A stretch of 64,000 nt of DNA from an uncultured delta proteobacterium (GCA_963793865.1 CAWCBP010000012.1:1-64000), one strand, 5' to 3'. Shown: positions 43,097 through 54,055, numbered from the stretch's first letter. Program-made: numbers and translations. The notes: generated from the letters alone by a model not told the origin.

Positions 43097-44851
43097 ATGG
43101 AATTAGTACGATCGGACCTCATTCTGCTGCATGCGCCGAGCGTGTATGACTTCCGCAAGAAGGCTATTTTGTACGGGCCGATCAGTGACGTCATACCCTC
43201 ATCCCCTGTTTTTGAAATGTATCCCATCGGGTTCTCATCGATGCTGGAATATCTTCAGCAGAGGGGCTTGCGCGTCAGAATCATCAATCTCGCGTATTTG
43301 ATGCTCACCCGGAAAAACTTCGATGCAGAACAGCTGATAAAAAAATTGAAATGCACCGCTTTCGGCATTGATCTGCACTGGCTGCCTCATGCGCAGGGAA
43401 GCCTGGAGATTGCGGCCATCTGCAAGCGGCTTCATCCCGGCAGGCCCGTCATAATGGGCGGTTACAGCGCGAGCTATTTTCACCGGGAGCTGATTAATTA
43501 TCCGCAGGTTGATTTTGTCCTGCGCGGCGATTCAGCTGAAAAGCCCCTCTTCGATCTGCTGCGTGCCTTAAAACAGGGCACCGGCGATTATTCCCGCATT
43601 CCCAATCTCACCTGGAAAGATGGTAACACCGTTCGAGAGAACGATCTTTCCTGCGTGGCTGCCGATCTGGACTCTTTTTCCAATAACTATCTGAGCCTCT
43701 TCAAGAGCGCCCTTTTATCCGCTGATCCGAAAGGTTTTACCTCCATTCGTGACTGGTGGGAATATCCCATCACCGCCATCATGACCTGCAGGGGCTGCGT
43801 GCACAACTGCGTTTTCTGCGGCGGCGGGCGCTCCGGCATCAGGGGCTATTGCAAAAGGGAGAAGCCGGCTTTCAGGCCGCCGGGGCTGCTGGCGCATGAT
43901 ATATTTACCATCAGCCGCTATATCAACGGGCCTATTTTTGTGGTGGGTGACTTGCGGCAGAGCGGCGACGAGTATGCGTACGAGGCTTTGGAGGGGCTGA
44001 GACGCTATGCAATTAAAAACCCGGTTGTGCTGGAGCTTTTCAAACCCGCCGATAAAACCTTTTTTGAGGCGGTTGCGCGTTCCATCAGCCAGGTTAATTT
44101 TGAATTTTCTCCCGAGTCACATCTCGAAACAGTACGGAAATGCTCGGGGAAACTGTACTCCAACGAAGAGATTGAAGCCACAATCAGCGCTGCGCTCCAA
44201 AGCGGCTGCAAAAAATTTGATCTCTTTTTTATGATCGGCCTTCCCCGCCAGACCCCCGGGGACGCGCTGGCATCGGTTGACTATTGCCGCAGCCTGCTGC
44301 AAAGATTCGGCAAGCGGCTCAACCCGTTTATTTCACCCCTGGCCCCCTTTATTGATCCCGGCAGCATGGCCTATGAACAATCAGAAAAGCTTGGTTATAA
44401 AATCTTTTACCGGACGCTGGAGGAGTACCGGCAGGCCCTGCTGCAGCCAAGCTGGAAGTACACCCTGGGGTATGAAACGGAGTGGATGAGCCGGGAAGAA
44501 ATCGTTTCCACAACCTATGAAGCTGCCCTGCGCCTCAACCGCGTCAAGCAGGAGTTCGGGTTGATCGATGCTGAGCGGTCCGGAAAGATAGAGGAACGGA
44601 TTTACGCGGCGATAAAGATGATGGAGCGCATTGATGAGATCTTAAAAATGCCTGACTGTGCGCGACGGGAAGAACAACTCACCATTTTAAAGCCGGCGAT
44701 AGACAGTCTCAGCATTGCTACCATCTGCGGCGAAGATGAAATAAAATGGCCGGCAGGGAAAAGAGCGCTTCAATTACTTAAACATTATGAAAGACATGAT
44801 TTTTGGCTGCAGGGGATTACCCGGTATGAAGTAGCCGAGTTCCATGCATAA
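43097..44851 (+). CDS. B12-binding domain radical SAM protein (TIGR04190-like); C-terminus possibly frameshifted
   Basis: CRGCVHNCVFC (CxxxCxxC); LHAPSVYDFR...FEMYPIGF; DLHWLPH. Confidence 0.88.
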   Translation: MELVRSDLILLHAPSVYDFRKKAILYGPISDVIPSSPVFEMYPIGFSSMLEYLQQRGLRVRIINLAYLMLTRKNFDAEQLIKKLKCTAFGIDLHWLPHAQGSLEIAAICKRLHPGRPVIMGGYSASYFHRELINYPQVDFVLRGDSAEKPLFDLLRALKQGTGDYSRIPNLTWKDGNTVRENDLSCVAADLDSFSNNYLSLFKSALLSADPKGFTSIRDWWEYPITAIMTCRGCVHNCVFCGGGRSGIRGYCKREKPAFRPPGLLAHDIFTISRYINGPIFVVGDLRQSGDEYAYEALEGLRRYAIKNPVVLELFKPADKTFFEAVARSISQVNFEFSPESHLETVRKCSGKLYSNEEIEATISAALQSGCKKFDLFFMIGLPRQTPGDALASVDYCRSLLQRFGKRLNPFISPLAPFIDPGSMAYEQSEKLGYKIFYRTLEEYRQALLQPSWKYTLGYETEWMSREEIVSTTYEAALRLNRVKQEFGLIDAERSGKIEERIYAAIKMMERIDEILKMPDCARREEQLTILKPAIDSLSIATICGEDEIKWPAGKRALQLLKHYERHDFWLQGITRYEVAEFHA

Positions 44852-44897
44852 GTCATGTAAATGATATGCTGTATATTTTATATTGATAGATATGCTC

Positions 44898-46797
44898 TTA
44901 TGGTTTCGGCTGTGCAGGAGAGGGCAGCTCTGCCGGTGGTTCAGGTTTTCGCTGGATGTTGAGGGAATGTAAATAGCTCATGTGAAATTGAAACTTTGGG
45001 AAAAGGCGCGGCAGGCGCATGAGGTTAAAAACCATAATCCCGATTGCCAAACGATCCAGCCAGGAGGACATGGGCCATCCCAGATGCACAAAGACCTGCC
45101 GGTCTGCCAGTTCGTATTCGACCACCCGAAGCATGGCCACGATGCTGTTATATATGCCAAATCCTCCCAGAGGAAACCTGAAGTGATTGGGTGCCGCCTT
45201 GGGCGGTATTCCCGCCCTGGGGGCGAAAAATGTGATGAATACAGCGTTGTCCCTGCTTTTATGGGTTTCTTCCTCGGTTCGCCTGAAATAGAGATGAACA
45301 TCCGGGGCGGACGATTCCGCCAGATACAGGATCATGCTCATTTCGCTGTCCGCCTTCTCCCTCTCCCTCCGTTTCCGGCGCCCTCTTCCTTGACACCAAC
45401 ATGCCCAGCAGCAGTACCACACAGGTGACGGATAGCCCACATAAGCATGCCGCGGGGCTTTTGCATGGCCAGGAAAATAAAGCAGCTCAGCAGAATAATC
45501 AAAAAGACAAGGGTTCCCAGGCGGCTGGTGGAAAAGTGAATGATCTCCTTTGTGCCCTTGAAATAGCGGTAAATGAAGAGCGATCCCATGTTGATGCAAA
45601 AACTTGCCACCAGTCCCAGGGCATACATGTCTGCCAGCGTTTCCTGCCTTCCTGCGGTAATCCAGATGAGGACCGAGAAGAATGCGGCGTTAAGAAGGTG
45701 GATTCGGTACAGTGAGTTGCGCTGATTAATGGCGATAAGCCAGTCAAACCCGTAACGGTCAGCCACCCGCTCGATCAGTTCACTTGAGGCAACGAAGGCT
45801 GTATTAACCGCCATAATCAGGGTCATGCTCGCCAGCACGGCAACTGCAATGCCGAAGGGAATGCCGTTGATCATGGTAGCGTAGTAGGTAATAAGGTCAC
45901 CCTCATGACTTTTGAAGTCAATGGGTGCTGACAGGGCGAGCCCTGCTACCAGAGGGGTTACCAGTCCCACCGTGCATGCAAGAAAAATATAGGCCTTGCG
46001 CACTTCCCTCCAGTTCCGAACCAGGCCGGCGGTCTGGAGAACTGATTCAACCCCCGAGTATGCCAGAATACAGAAGGCGATGCTGGAGATAAAGCTGCCG
46101 GTACTCTGGGTCCAGGAACCGTTAGTAAACCCGTGAAATGATTATGTACCGCACGCTCCCAGATTAGAAAGACGTGCCATCGAATCGCTGTCAAGGGCAA
46201 AAATACCGGTGCTGATCAGGTTTAAAATAACAAATGCTGCGCGCAATGAAGATAATGAATGTAACCCGGGCGTTCTCCCTATGCCCAGAATGTTCAGGCC
46301 GGCAATAATCCAGATAATGGCGAGCACAAGACTGATGTGAGACACGGAGAGAACTGGAAAAAAGAGGTGGCATTGGCTACCGCACTTACTGCGGAAATAC
46401 AGGCAGTAAGAATATAATCAACCATAATCGAGGCAACCGCAATGAAAGAAACAAGCGGCCCTAGAACCAGATATGAAAATGAGTACACCCCGCCACCGAT
46501 AAGACCGTGGTGCTCCAGTATTTCAGCAATTTCCACCAGGCGGGTGCTCATGTAATGAATGAGGATGGAGGTGAAAGCGATGAACAGGATGGCTGAAATA
46601 CCAATGAATCGAAAAGCCTCTGCCGGTGCGTAAAAAACCGACGTAAGCTCATCCATCAGGGTAATGACCGCAATTGACAGCCAGGTGAGCCACCACCGAC
46701 CCTGGTGATTATAGGCGAGCATGTTCTTTTTCCGAAGCACCAGGAAAAAAAGTACCACGAGAGATAGATTAAGCAGCACCAGCACAGTGGTTTTCAT
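44898..46797 (-). pseudogene. APC-family amino acid permease broken by several frameshifts (pseudogene or sequencing errors)
   Basis: Collinear fragments: ELTSVFYAP, GGGVYSFSY, VDYILTACIS, LAYSGVES in an intermediate frame, LADMYALG. Confidence 0.8.
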
Positions 46798-47125
46798 AGG
46801 CGCTCTTTAAGAAGGCCGGTGTATGTACATGCCGTGCCGGAAAGAAGCTTTGATGTAAATTGCATTCATATGCGGCATGCAGGAAATGAACAGAGAAAAT
46901 GTGAGGTTACTGATGTGATTATGCTTGCTGGGAGGGAGAGTATAGAAAAATACCCATAGCGTGTCAATAAAATTAAAACGGTACAAACCATACCACTTCG
47001 ATCGTACAACTACAGCTATATTAAGATTAAGCAACAGATCTTGTGGAGGGACGCGCTCTGTCGCCTCCGACTATTATATGCGGCCAAGTCGGGGCATGGC
47101 CCTCCAGAGCATTATATGTCCTGAT

Positions 47126-48517
47126 TTACGCAGGTCCGTTTTCCCTCGACAGATTTATCTTCTTCATTTTTTCAACCAGCGTGGTCCTTTTCAGATTTAA
47201 CAGTTTAGCCGCCCTGTTTTTAACCCAGTTGGATTTTTTAAGAGCCCTGATGATCAGCTCTTTCTCAAACTCACTGACCGCCGTTGTTAAGGATATGCCT
47301 CCATCGGGAATTTCAGGTGGAGGAGCGGCACCACCGCTCGCGGTGCTTCCAAAGATCTTCTCAGGCAAATCTTCTCTTTCAATGATGCCCTCTTCCTTCA
47401 GGATAACCAGCCGTTCAATCAGGTTCTCCAATTCTCTCACATTGCCCGGCCAGTCGTACTGTGTAAAACAGTTCAAGGCCTCGGGAGAAATTCCTTTAAT
47501 GGCCCGCTTGGTTTCGGCATTAAACTTTTCTAGAAAATGGCGGGTGAGCAGCGGAATATCATATGTGCGCTCGCGCAAGGGGGGAATGACAAGCGGTATC
47601 ACGTTCAGCCGGTAGTAGAGGTCTTCCCTGAATGTGCCCTGTTTGACGGCCAGTTCCAGGTCTCTGTGCGTTGCGGCAATAACCCTGATATCAACCTTTA
47701 TTGATTTTATCCCGCCCACCCTCTCAAACTCATGCTCCTGCAATATCCTGAGTATTTTTACCTGCAGCGACGGACTCATGTCTCCGATTTCATCCAAAAA
47801 GATGGTGCCCCCGTGCGCCAGCTCAAACCTGCCTATTCTTGTTTTCAGGGCGCCGGTGAACGCCCCTTTTTCATAACCAAAAAGCTCGCTCTCCAAAAGA
47901 TCTTCCGGGATGGCGCCGCAGTTGACCGGAACCATGGGATGATCACGGCGATCACTATTGTAATGTATGGCCCTGGCCACCAGCTCCTTGCCGGTGCCGC
48001 TTTCACCGCAAATCAAAACGGTGCTGTTGGTTGAGGCGATTTTTTCAATCATCTGAAATAACTGCTGCATTTCGTCGCTGTCGCCGATCAGATTGGTGAA
48101 CCGGTATTTGGCCTTCAATTGACCCTGAAGAAACACATTCTCCGTTTTTAATTTTTGATATTCCAGCGCCCGGGCGATTACCAGTTTTATCTCGTCAATT
48201 TTTATCGGCTTGGTTATGTACTCAAAGGCCCCGAGCTTCATCGCTTTAACCGCGGTGTCCACCGTTCCAAATCCGGTGCAGATAATGACGATGGTCTCAT
48301 GATCAATCTTTTTAACCCCCTCCAGAACCTGCAGGCCGTCCGCTCCGGGCATCTTCAGGTCGGTAATGACAATGTTAAAACTGCTTTCCTGCATCATGTT
48401 CAGCGCTTCATCGCCATCCCCGGCCCCCTGCACCTCAAACCCCGCCTCAGACAGCAGATCAACCATGGTATCTCTAACCGATTTGTCGTCTTCAGCGACG
48501 AGGATTCTCTTCATCAT
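47126..48517 (-). CDS. Sigma-54-dependent response regulator (REC-AAA-HTH) with FleQ/FlrA-like HTH
   Basis: DLKMP, GESGTGKE, GAFTGA and KRTTLVEKMKK. Confidence 0.94.
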   Translation of the reverse strand: MMKRILVAEDDKSVRDTMVDLLSEAGFEVQGAGDGDEALNMMQESSFNIVITDLKMPGADGLQVLEGVKKIDHETIVIICTGFGTVDTAVKAMKLGAFEYITKPIKIDEIKLVIARALEYQKLKTENVFLQGQLKAKYRFTNLIGDSDEMQQLFQMIEKIASTNSTVLICGESGTGKELVARAIHYNSDRRDHPMVPVNCGAIPEDLLESELFGYEKGAFTGALKTRIGRFELAHGGTIFLDEIGDMSPSLQVKILRILQEHEFERVGGIKSIKVDIRVIAATHRDLELAVKQGTFREDLYYRLNVIPLVIPPLRERTYDIPLLTRHFLEKFNAETKRAIKGISPEALNCFTQYDWPGNVRELENLIERLVILKEEGIIEREDLPEKIFGSTASGGAAPPPEIPDGGISLTTAVSEFEKELIIRALKKSNWVKNRAAKLLNLKRTTLVEKMKKINLSRENGPA

Positions 48518-48594
48518 GGAAATTATTTCTCCTCATGTGGTTTATTAAATCTCAACTGATCACTATCTATTTAATGACGCTAAATTAAAAAATA

Positions 48595-48608
48595 GTCAAT
48601 AAAATGAC
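48595..48608. promoter_or_regulatory. FleQ-box-like palindrome GTCAATAAAATGAC (degenerate copy at 48655..48668)
   Basis: Matches the known FleQ consensus GTCaNTAAAtTGAC; lies upstream of the FleQ-like regulator. Confidence 0.6.
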
Positions 48609-48768
48609 TCTATTATAGCAATAGATTTAATTGTGTCAAGTAAACAACGATTAAGACGAAATAATGACTATTTTATAACCATCAGGGACCTGTATTTTGG
48701 TGTTGAAAATAGAGCTGATTTGGGTTATAAAATGATTCAAACCGTTAATTAAGCAATTGTGTTATAAG

Positions 48769-49161
48769 ATGAAACAAATTGATCTGCTGTATAAAAAACT
48801 GATTGTTTCAGAGGAGGGAGATGACTCCAAGGTTACCATTGATGAGCATGTCAGGTCAAAACTCTACAAAATTATTCTTGAGGAATTAAAGAAGCTGAGA
48901 AAAAAACAGAAAAGAATCGATTATGCCGCTGACGAATATGAAGATCTTGATCGGGAAATGCGTCAGCTTTTGCTCAAAGAAATCCAGGTTATTATGGATG
49001 AGTATATTCTGGCAAAGGAAAACAGCAGCTTGAAAACCTGGAAGGAGATGTACGGAGACATAAGTCATTATATAAATAATTTTTATTACTACCGAATGGA
49101 CGAGCAGTACGAGTCCAAGAAAAAGCGCTTAAAGGATTACAAGTTTTTGGATGATGAATAA
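48769..49161 (+). CDS. Hypothetical helical cytoplasmic protein
   Basis: Open ORF with natural composition, first gene of a plus-strand run. Confidence 0.65.
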   Translation: MKQIDLLYKKLIVSEEGDDSKVTIDEHVRSKLYKIILEELKKLRKKQKRIDYAADEYEDLDREMRQLLLKEIQVIMDEYILAKENSSLKTWKEMYGDISHYINNFYYYRMDEQYESKKKRLKDYKFLDDE

Positions 49162-49191
49162 CATGCATGCCACTTGCGGGGAGGAAAAACG

Positions 49192-49953
49192 GTGACAGAG
49201 GAGCTTATTTCCAGGGCGGCGCGGGATATTGTGAAGGCCAAAAAAGTGGTTGCCCTGACAGGGGCGGGCATGTCGGTTGAGAGCGATATTGCACCTTTCC
49301 GCGGCAAGGGGGGTATTTGGGAAAAATATGACCCGGTGGAATATGCCTACATTGATGTCTTAGTAAGAAATCCCGGAAAGACCTGGATTCTGCTGAGCGA
49401 GATGCAAAAAGAAATCCTCAAGGCAAAACCAAATCCCGGACACGCAAGCCTGGCCGAGCTGGAGCGATTGGGCTATTTGAGTTCAATCATCACTCAGAAC
49501 GTGGACGGGCTTCATCACGAGGCCGGCAATAAGAACATCATCGAATTTCACGGAAATCACCGGGACGCCTATTGCATGGATTGCCGCAAGAGAATCAAAG
49601 CCGAGGCGATTTCCCTGGACACCCTGCCCCCCCGCTGTGACTGCGGAGGCGTCATCAGGCCCGACGTTGTTTTCTTCGGTGAAGCAATACCCCATCAGGC
49701 CCTCACCCAATCCAACCAGGAGGCAAGAAGCTGCAACGTCATGCTGGTAATCGGAACTTCAGCAGAGGTGCAGCCCGCGGCCAGCCTGCCGGATATCGCC
49801 AAATCCCACGGGGCAACCATAATTGAAATCAATATCGAAGCAACCGCCTTCACCGGCTACACCAGCAGTTATTTCATCAAAGGCAAAGCGGGGGAAATCC
49901 TTCCTAAAATTGTTGCCCTGGTAAAGGGCAATTCTGCCAACCCTGCCGCTTAG
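49192..49953 (+). CDS. cobB: NAD-dependent deacylase (sirtuin)
   Basis: TGAGMSVES, TQNVDGLH, zinc Cys pairs, RPDVVFFGE and GTS. Confidence 0.93.
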   Translation: MTEELISRAARDIVKAKKVVALTGAGMSVESDIAPFRGKGGIWEKYDPVEYAYIDVLVRNPGKTWILLSEMQKEILKAKPNPGHASLAELERLGYLSSIITQNVDGLHHEAGNKNIIEFHGNHRDAYCMDCRKRIKAEAISLDTLPPRCDCGGVIRPDVVFFGEAIPHQALTQSNQEARSCNVMLVIGTSAEVQPAASLPDIAKSHGATIIEINIEATAFTGYTSSYFIKGKAGEILPKIVALVKGNSANPAA

Positions 49954-49999
49954 CGTTCCATGCCTGTTGTCGCATCGCTAACTACAGGAGACAAGTCTG

Positions 50000-50848
50000 G
50001 TGGCTTTTAATATCGGATGGTTCTCGACAGGCCGTGGTCCCGGCTCGCGCAATCTGCTGAAATCAATCGTGGACGCCATATCAGCCGGTGATATCGGGGC
50101 ACACATTTCCTATGTGTTTTGCAGCCGGGAGGAGGGCGAGGCGGAGGGAAGCGACCGGTATATCCGGATGGTCAGGGATTACGGTCTCAGCCTGGTCACG
50201 TTTTCCGCCCGGGCATTTAAACCTGACATGAGAAAGCAGGGAAAGCAGGACCCTGCCGTAATGCAGGAGTGGAGACTCGAGTACGACAGGGAAGTCATGG
50301 CGCGGCTGGCCGCCTTCTCTTCAGATATTGTTGTTCTTGCCGGCTACATGCTGATAGTCGGCGACGAGCTGTGCGAAAAGTACGATCTTATCAATCTGCA
50401 TCCGGCAGCGCCGAACGGACCTGCCGGCACCTGGCAGGAGGTAATCTGGAAGCTCATGGAAGAACGATCCCGGGAAAGCGGGGTAATGATGCACCTGGTA
50501 ACCAGGGAACTTGACAAAGGGCCCCGCCTCACCTACTGCACGTTTCCTCTCAGAGACGCTGCGATAAATCAGCTGTGGGATGATTTTGAACAGAAACTGA
50601 AGGGAAAAAAGAGCCTGGATGCGATCATCAGGGAAGAGGGGGAAGCCAATCCGCTTTTTCAGGAAATAAGAAAGAGGGGTGCCATACGGGAACTGCCGCT
50701 GATTGTCCAAACCTTAAAGACCCTTTCAGAGGGAATCATCTCCATAAAGGATAAACAGGTCATGGCTGGAAACAAGACATGTCATGAACCGTATTGCCTG
50801 ACTGAAGCCATAGAGGCCTCCATAAGGAATAATCGGCACCCGGTTTAG
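50000..50848 (+). CDS. purN: Phosphoribosylglycinamide formyltransferase-like protein (divergent long form)
   Basis: STGRG, VLAGYM, NLHPA and HLVTRELDKGP. Confidence 0.75.
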   Translation: MAFNIGWFSTGRGPGSRNLLKSIVDAISAGDIGAHISYVFCSREEGEAEGSDRYIRMVRDYGLSLVTFSARAFKPDMRKQGKQDPAVMQEWRLEYDREVMARLAAFSSDIVVLAGYMLIVGDELCEKYDLINLHPAAPNGPAGTWQEVIWKLMEERSRESGVMMHLVTRELDKGPRLTYCTFPLRDAAINQLWDDFEQKLKGKKSLDAIIREEGEANPLFQEIRKRGAIRELPLIVQTLKTLSEGIISIKDKQVMAGNKTCHEPYCLTEAIEASIRNNRHPV

Positions 50849-50952
50849 CGCGGGGCCCGTTGTACATCCCCACGTGATGGTCTGCAGGTAGTTTGCCTCC
50901 CGGAAAAACCTGCCAATGATGTGCCCTGTTATTCAAGAGGACGTAACCGCTC

Positions 50953-51177
50953 ATGATGAAGCCTTTTTACTGGTGGTTATGTTTCATGCTCCTGGCAATA
51001 CTGCTGGTTGCGTTCCTCATGTTCGGCATTTACCTGCTTATCATCTCCTTTAATTTGAAGGATCCCATGATTATGGTTACGCTTTTCTTTTCCTCCTCCC
51101 TGATGATCCTGGTAAGCCTCAGCCTGATGGCCGGACTTGTCGCCAGAGGGATGGCAAAGCTTAAAAAAGAAAAGTGA
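50953..51177 (+). CDS. Small two-TM membrane protein
   Basis: Two hydrophobic helices; GAGGA RBS. Confidence 0.65.
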   Translation: MMKPFYWWLCFMLLAILLVAFLMFGIYLLIISFNLKDPMIMVTLFFSSSLMILVSLSLMAGLVARGMAKLKKEK

Positions 51178-51302
51178 AATGCTTGGGTAATTACGCCGTG
51201 CGACAGGTGGCTGAACGGGACACGTACTACATTAATGGCCCGGCTTCATCTCCACCAAAAAAAGAATGAATAACCCCAGATAGCCGCTGTTTATCATAAC
51301 CA

Positions 51303-51331
51303 TTGACATTTATTAAAAGAATCGTTATAAT
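51303..51331 (+). promoter_or_regulatory. Consensus sigma-70 promoter TTGACA-N17-TATAAT
   Basis: Perfect consensus. Confidence 0.9.
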
Positions 51332-51358
51332 TTGGCACTTAAATCGGGGGAGTGCTAA
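51332..51358. promoter_or_regulatory. CIRCE (HrcA operator) TTGGCACTT-N9-GAGTGCTAA
   Basis: Two mismatches to TTAGCACTC-N9-GAGTGCTAA; overlaps the transcription start. Confidence 0.85.
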
Positions 51359-51378
51359 ACACGAAGGAGGTATGTAGC

Positions 51379-51684
51379 GTGCCTATTTATGAATATAAAT
51401 GCGCGGGGTGCGGAAAACATTTTGAGCATATTCAGAAAATCACTGAAGAGCCGTTATCTGCGTGTCCCTTCTGCTCGGGCAAGGTTCAAAAGCTGGTTTC
51501 CAACTGTTCCTTTCACCTGAAAGGCACCGGCTGGTATGTAACTGATTACGGGAAAAAAGAGAGTGTCAACGGGAAAAAGAAGGAGAAGAAAAAGGAAAGC
51601 TCTTCAGAGGGAAGCCCGGACAGCGGCGCTGAAACAAGCGCCCCCAAAGAAGCTGTTTCTGAAAGCACCGTACATCAATCGTAA
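51379..51684 (+). CDS. FmdB-family zinc-ribbon protein
   Basis: [11 protein letters not shown]...CPFC...[23 protein letters not shown] with GTG start. Confidence 0.9.
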   Translation: MPIYEYKCAGCGKHFEHIQKITEEPLSACPFCSGKVQKLVSNCSFHLKGTGWYVTDYGKKESVNGKKKEKKKESSSEGSPDSGAETSAPKEAVSESTVHQS

Positions 51685-51707
51685 TTTATTTATCCCGGAG
51701 TAAGCCG

Positions 51708-52187
51708 CTACAGCTCATCTCCCAAGGTTTTGTTACAGGCGGGACAGATTTTACTTTCTGCCGGGAGTTCAACGCCGCAAAAAGGGCACGCAACGACATT
51801 TTCCGTATCCGCGATACTCACCCTTCCCGCCTCTAGATCATCCTCCAAGGCAGCTATCAGTTCCATGGCTCTTTGTTTGTCCTTTTCGGGAACCCGAACC
51901 TCACCCCACCCTTTCTGGGGAATGTAGATACCGTTGTAGGCGGTATCCCTGAAGTTCCGTATCATGACGGTAATGCCTTCTTTCTCCAGTTCCCGGGTTA
52001 TTAAATCGGCCTCGAATTTGTTGTTGAGCGTGAATATCTTCACCAGGGTTTTGGTATCGCGCTGGAACTGCTCATCCCGGGCCCTGCGCCGCTCGAATTC
52101 TCCCTGGCTGATAAGCCGCTCGTCACAATCCGAGCACACATCGATGGTGTCACGATACTCAGCGTTGCACACAGGACAGTATTTCAT
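51708..52187 (-). CDS. DUF2007-like protein with N- and C-terminal zinc ribbons
   Basis: CPVC..CSDC; EADLITRELEKEGI; CPFC..CPAC. Confidence 0.75.
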   Translation of the reverse strand: MKYCPVCNAEYRDTIDVCSDCDERLISQGEFERRRARDEQFQRDTKTLVKIFTLNNKFEADLITRELEKEGITVMIRNFRDTAYNGIYIPQKGWGEVRVPEKDKQRAMELIAALEDDLEAGRVSIADTENVVACPFCGVELPAESKICPACNKTLGDEL

Positions 52188-52218
52188 GGCCAGGCCCCTC
52201 CATGCTGCTGCGTTTATC

Positions 52219-53553
52219 TCAATCAATATAATACTCAAGCCCCAGGTGCGTTATCTGCTCCTCGCCCATCAGGTAGCGCAGGGTATTCTTCAGCTTCATC
52301 AGCTGGATAAACAGATCGTGTTCCGGGTACAGCCCTTCAGCATGCATGGGGCTTTTAAAATAAAATGACAGCCACTCCTGGATCCCGCTCAAGCCGCTCC
52401 GTTTTGCAAAGTCGGTGAACAGCAGCAGGTCTAGCACAACGGGGGCGGCGAGAATGCTGTCCCGGCAGAGAAAGTTGATTTTTATCTGCATGGGATACCC
52501 CAGCCAGCCGAAAATATCGACGCAGTCCCACCCCTCTTTATTGTCTCCCCGCGGCGGGTAATAATTGATGGCGACTTTATGATAGAAATCTCCATAGAGG
52601 TCGGGGTACAAATCGGGCTGCAATATCTGCTTTAACACCGAAAGCTTGCTTTCTTCCTTGGTTTTGAAAGAACCCGCGTCGTCCAGCACCGCCCCGTCCC
52701 TGTTGCCGAGAATGTTGGTGGAGTACCACCCCTGAAGGCCCAGCAGCCTCGCTTTCAATCCCGGCGCCAGAATGGTTTTCATCAGGGTCTGGCCGGTCTT
52801 GAAATCCTTTCCGCTGATCGGTACTTCATGCTTCCTGGCAAGCTGGTTCATGGCGGGAACGTCCACCGTCAGGCTGGGCGACCCGTTGATGTAGGGTATG
52901 CCGCTGGTTATTGCCGCGTAGGCATAGATCATGCTTGGCGGTATCAAGGGGTCATTCTTTTTCAGACCCTTCTCGAATTTGGCGATGCTGCTGTGCACAT
53001 CCTGCGGTGCCAGGTAGGACTCCGTGCTCGCGCACCAGATCATGATGCACCGGTCAATATCGTTCTTTTTCTTGAAACTGCTTATGTCATCCTTCAATGC
53101 CTCGACCAGGTCCAGGTGCTTTTTCTGCCGCTTGATGTTGGTGCCGTCAAGATTCTTGACAAATTCCTTGCGAAACACGGCCGGGAGCGGCTTCAATTGC
53201 TGCAGGGGATATTTTACGCTTTCAATCAGGCTCCGCTCCAGAACCCCGGCCTTTATGGCCCCATCGTAGCAATTGTCCTCATACACATCCCAGCCGCAAA
53301 ACACCAAATCCCTGAGCGAGGCAAGATTGACAAAATCTTTAATCATGGGGACCCGGTTCTCGTCACGCTTGCCGAGCCTGATGGTACCCATCTGGGTTAA
53401 GGAGCCAAAAGGTTTGGCAAGACCCTGTTTTACCGCCTCAAGGCCTGCCATGAAGGTCGTGCTCACCGCCCCCCCGATTCCTGGAATGAGAACTCCGATT
53501 TTTCCCTTGGCTTTAGCTATGCTGTCCTTCTTTTTAATACTATTTTTTTTCAT
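52219..53553 (-). CDS. ino1: Inositol-3-phosphate synthase
   Basis: GKDFKTGQT, NILGNRDG, RDSILAAP and LSFYFKSP. Confidence 0.95.
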   Translation of the reverse strand: MKKNSIKKKDSIAKAKGKIGVLIPGIGGAVSTTFMAGLEAVKQGLAKPFGSLTQMGTIRLGKRDENRVPMIKDFVNLASLRDLVFCGWDVYEDNCYDGAIKAGVLERSLIESVKYPLQQLKPLPAVFRKEFVKNLDGTNIKRQKKHLDLVEALKDDISSFKKKNDIDRCIMIWCASTESYLAPQDVHSSIAKFEKGLKKNDPLIPPSMIYAYAAITSGIPYINGSPSLTVDVPAMNQLARKHEVPISGKDFKTGQTLMKTILAPGLKARLLGLQGWYSTNILGNRDGAVLDDAGSFKTKEESKLSVLKQILQPDLYPDLYGDFYHKVAINYYPPRGDNKEGWDCVDIFGWLGYPMQIKINFLCRDSILAAPVVLDLLLFTDFAKRSGLSGIQEWLSFYFKSPMHAEGLYPEHDLFIQLMKLKNTLRYLMGEEQITHLGLEYYID

Positions 53554-53593
53554 TCCTTTTACTCCCTGATTTGAAATGGACCTTCACTGCGGA

Positions 53594-54055
53594 TTAGCTT
53601 CCTATCAGTGTTTTCATCTTTTTCCCGCCCATGCGCTCGGTCTCGATCCTGAATATCTTAAGGGCGGCGGGATTATCAATGGTTTTTTTGTACATGGCCA
53701 TCCGCTTGTCCAGATAGGTCGCCGGATCCAGCCCCATCTTTGCGATGTTCGCCTGTACCACCAGCTCTATTTCCTGGAGATCCCGCACCTGCACGATTCT
53801 GCCGTCAATCACAACCGACGACCATTCGCTGTGGTCATCATTCCAGCAAAAGACATTGAAGCATACCCGGTTATTCTTATTAATGATCTCCCATTTCCTG
53901 CCCATGGGGAAAAGCGACAGATAGACCATCTCCTTGAGATATACAAATCCGAAGGGGATGCAATAAGGAGTATCGCCGCTCGACAGGGCCATCACCCCGT
54001 CTCCGACGGTGTTGAGCAGGTTATCCATCTCCTCTTTGGTCATGTTTTTCATCAT
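53594..54055 (-). CDS. Pyridoxamine 5'-phosphate oxidase-like flavin-binding protein
   Basis: PYCIPFGF, GRK..I..NNRVCF and WSSVVIDG. Confidence 0.85.
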   Translation of the reverse strand: MMKNMTKEEMDNLLNTVGDGVMALSSGDTPYCIPFGFVYLKEMVYLSLFPMGRKWEIINKNNRVCFNVFCWNDDHSEWSSVVIDGRIVQVRDLQEIELVVQANIAKMGLDPATYLDKRMAMYKKTIDNPAALKIFRIETERMGGKKMKTLIGS

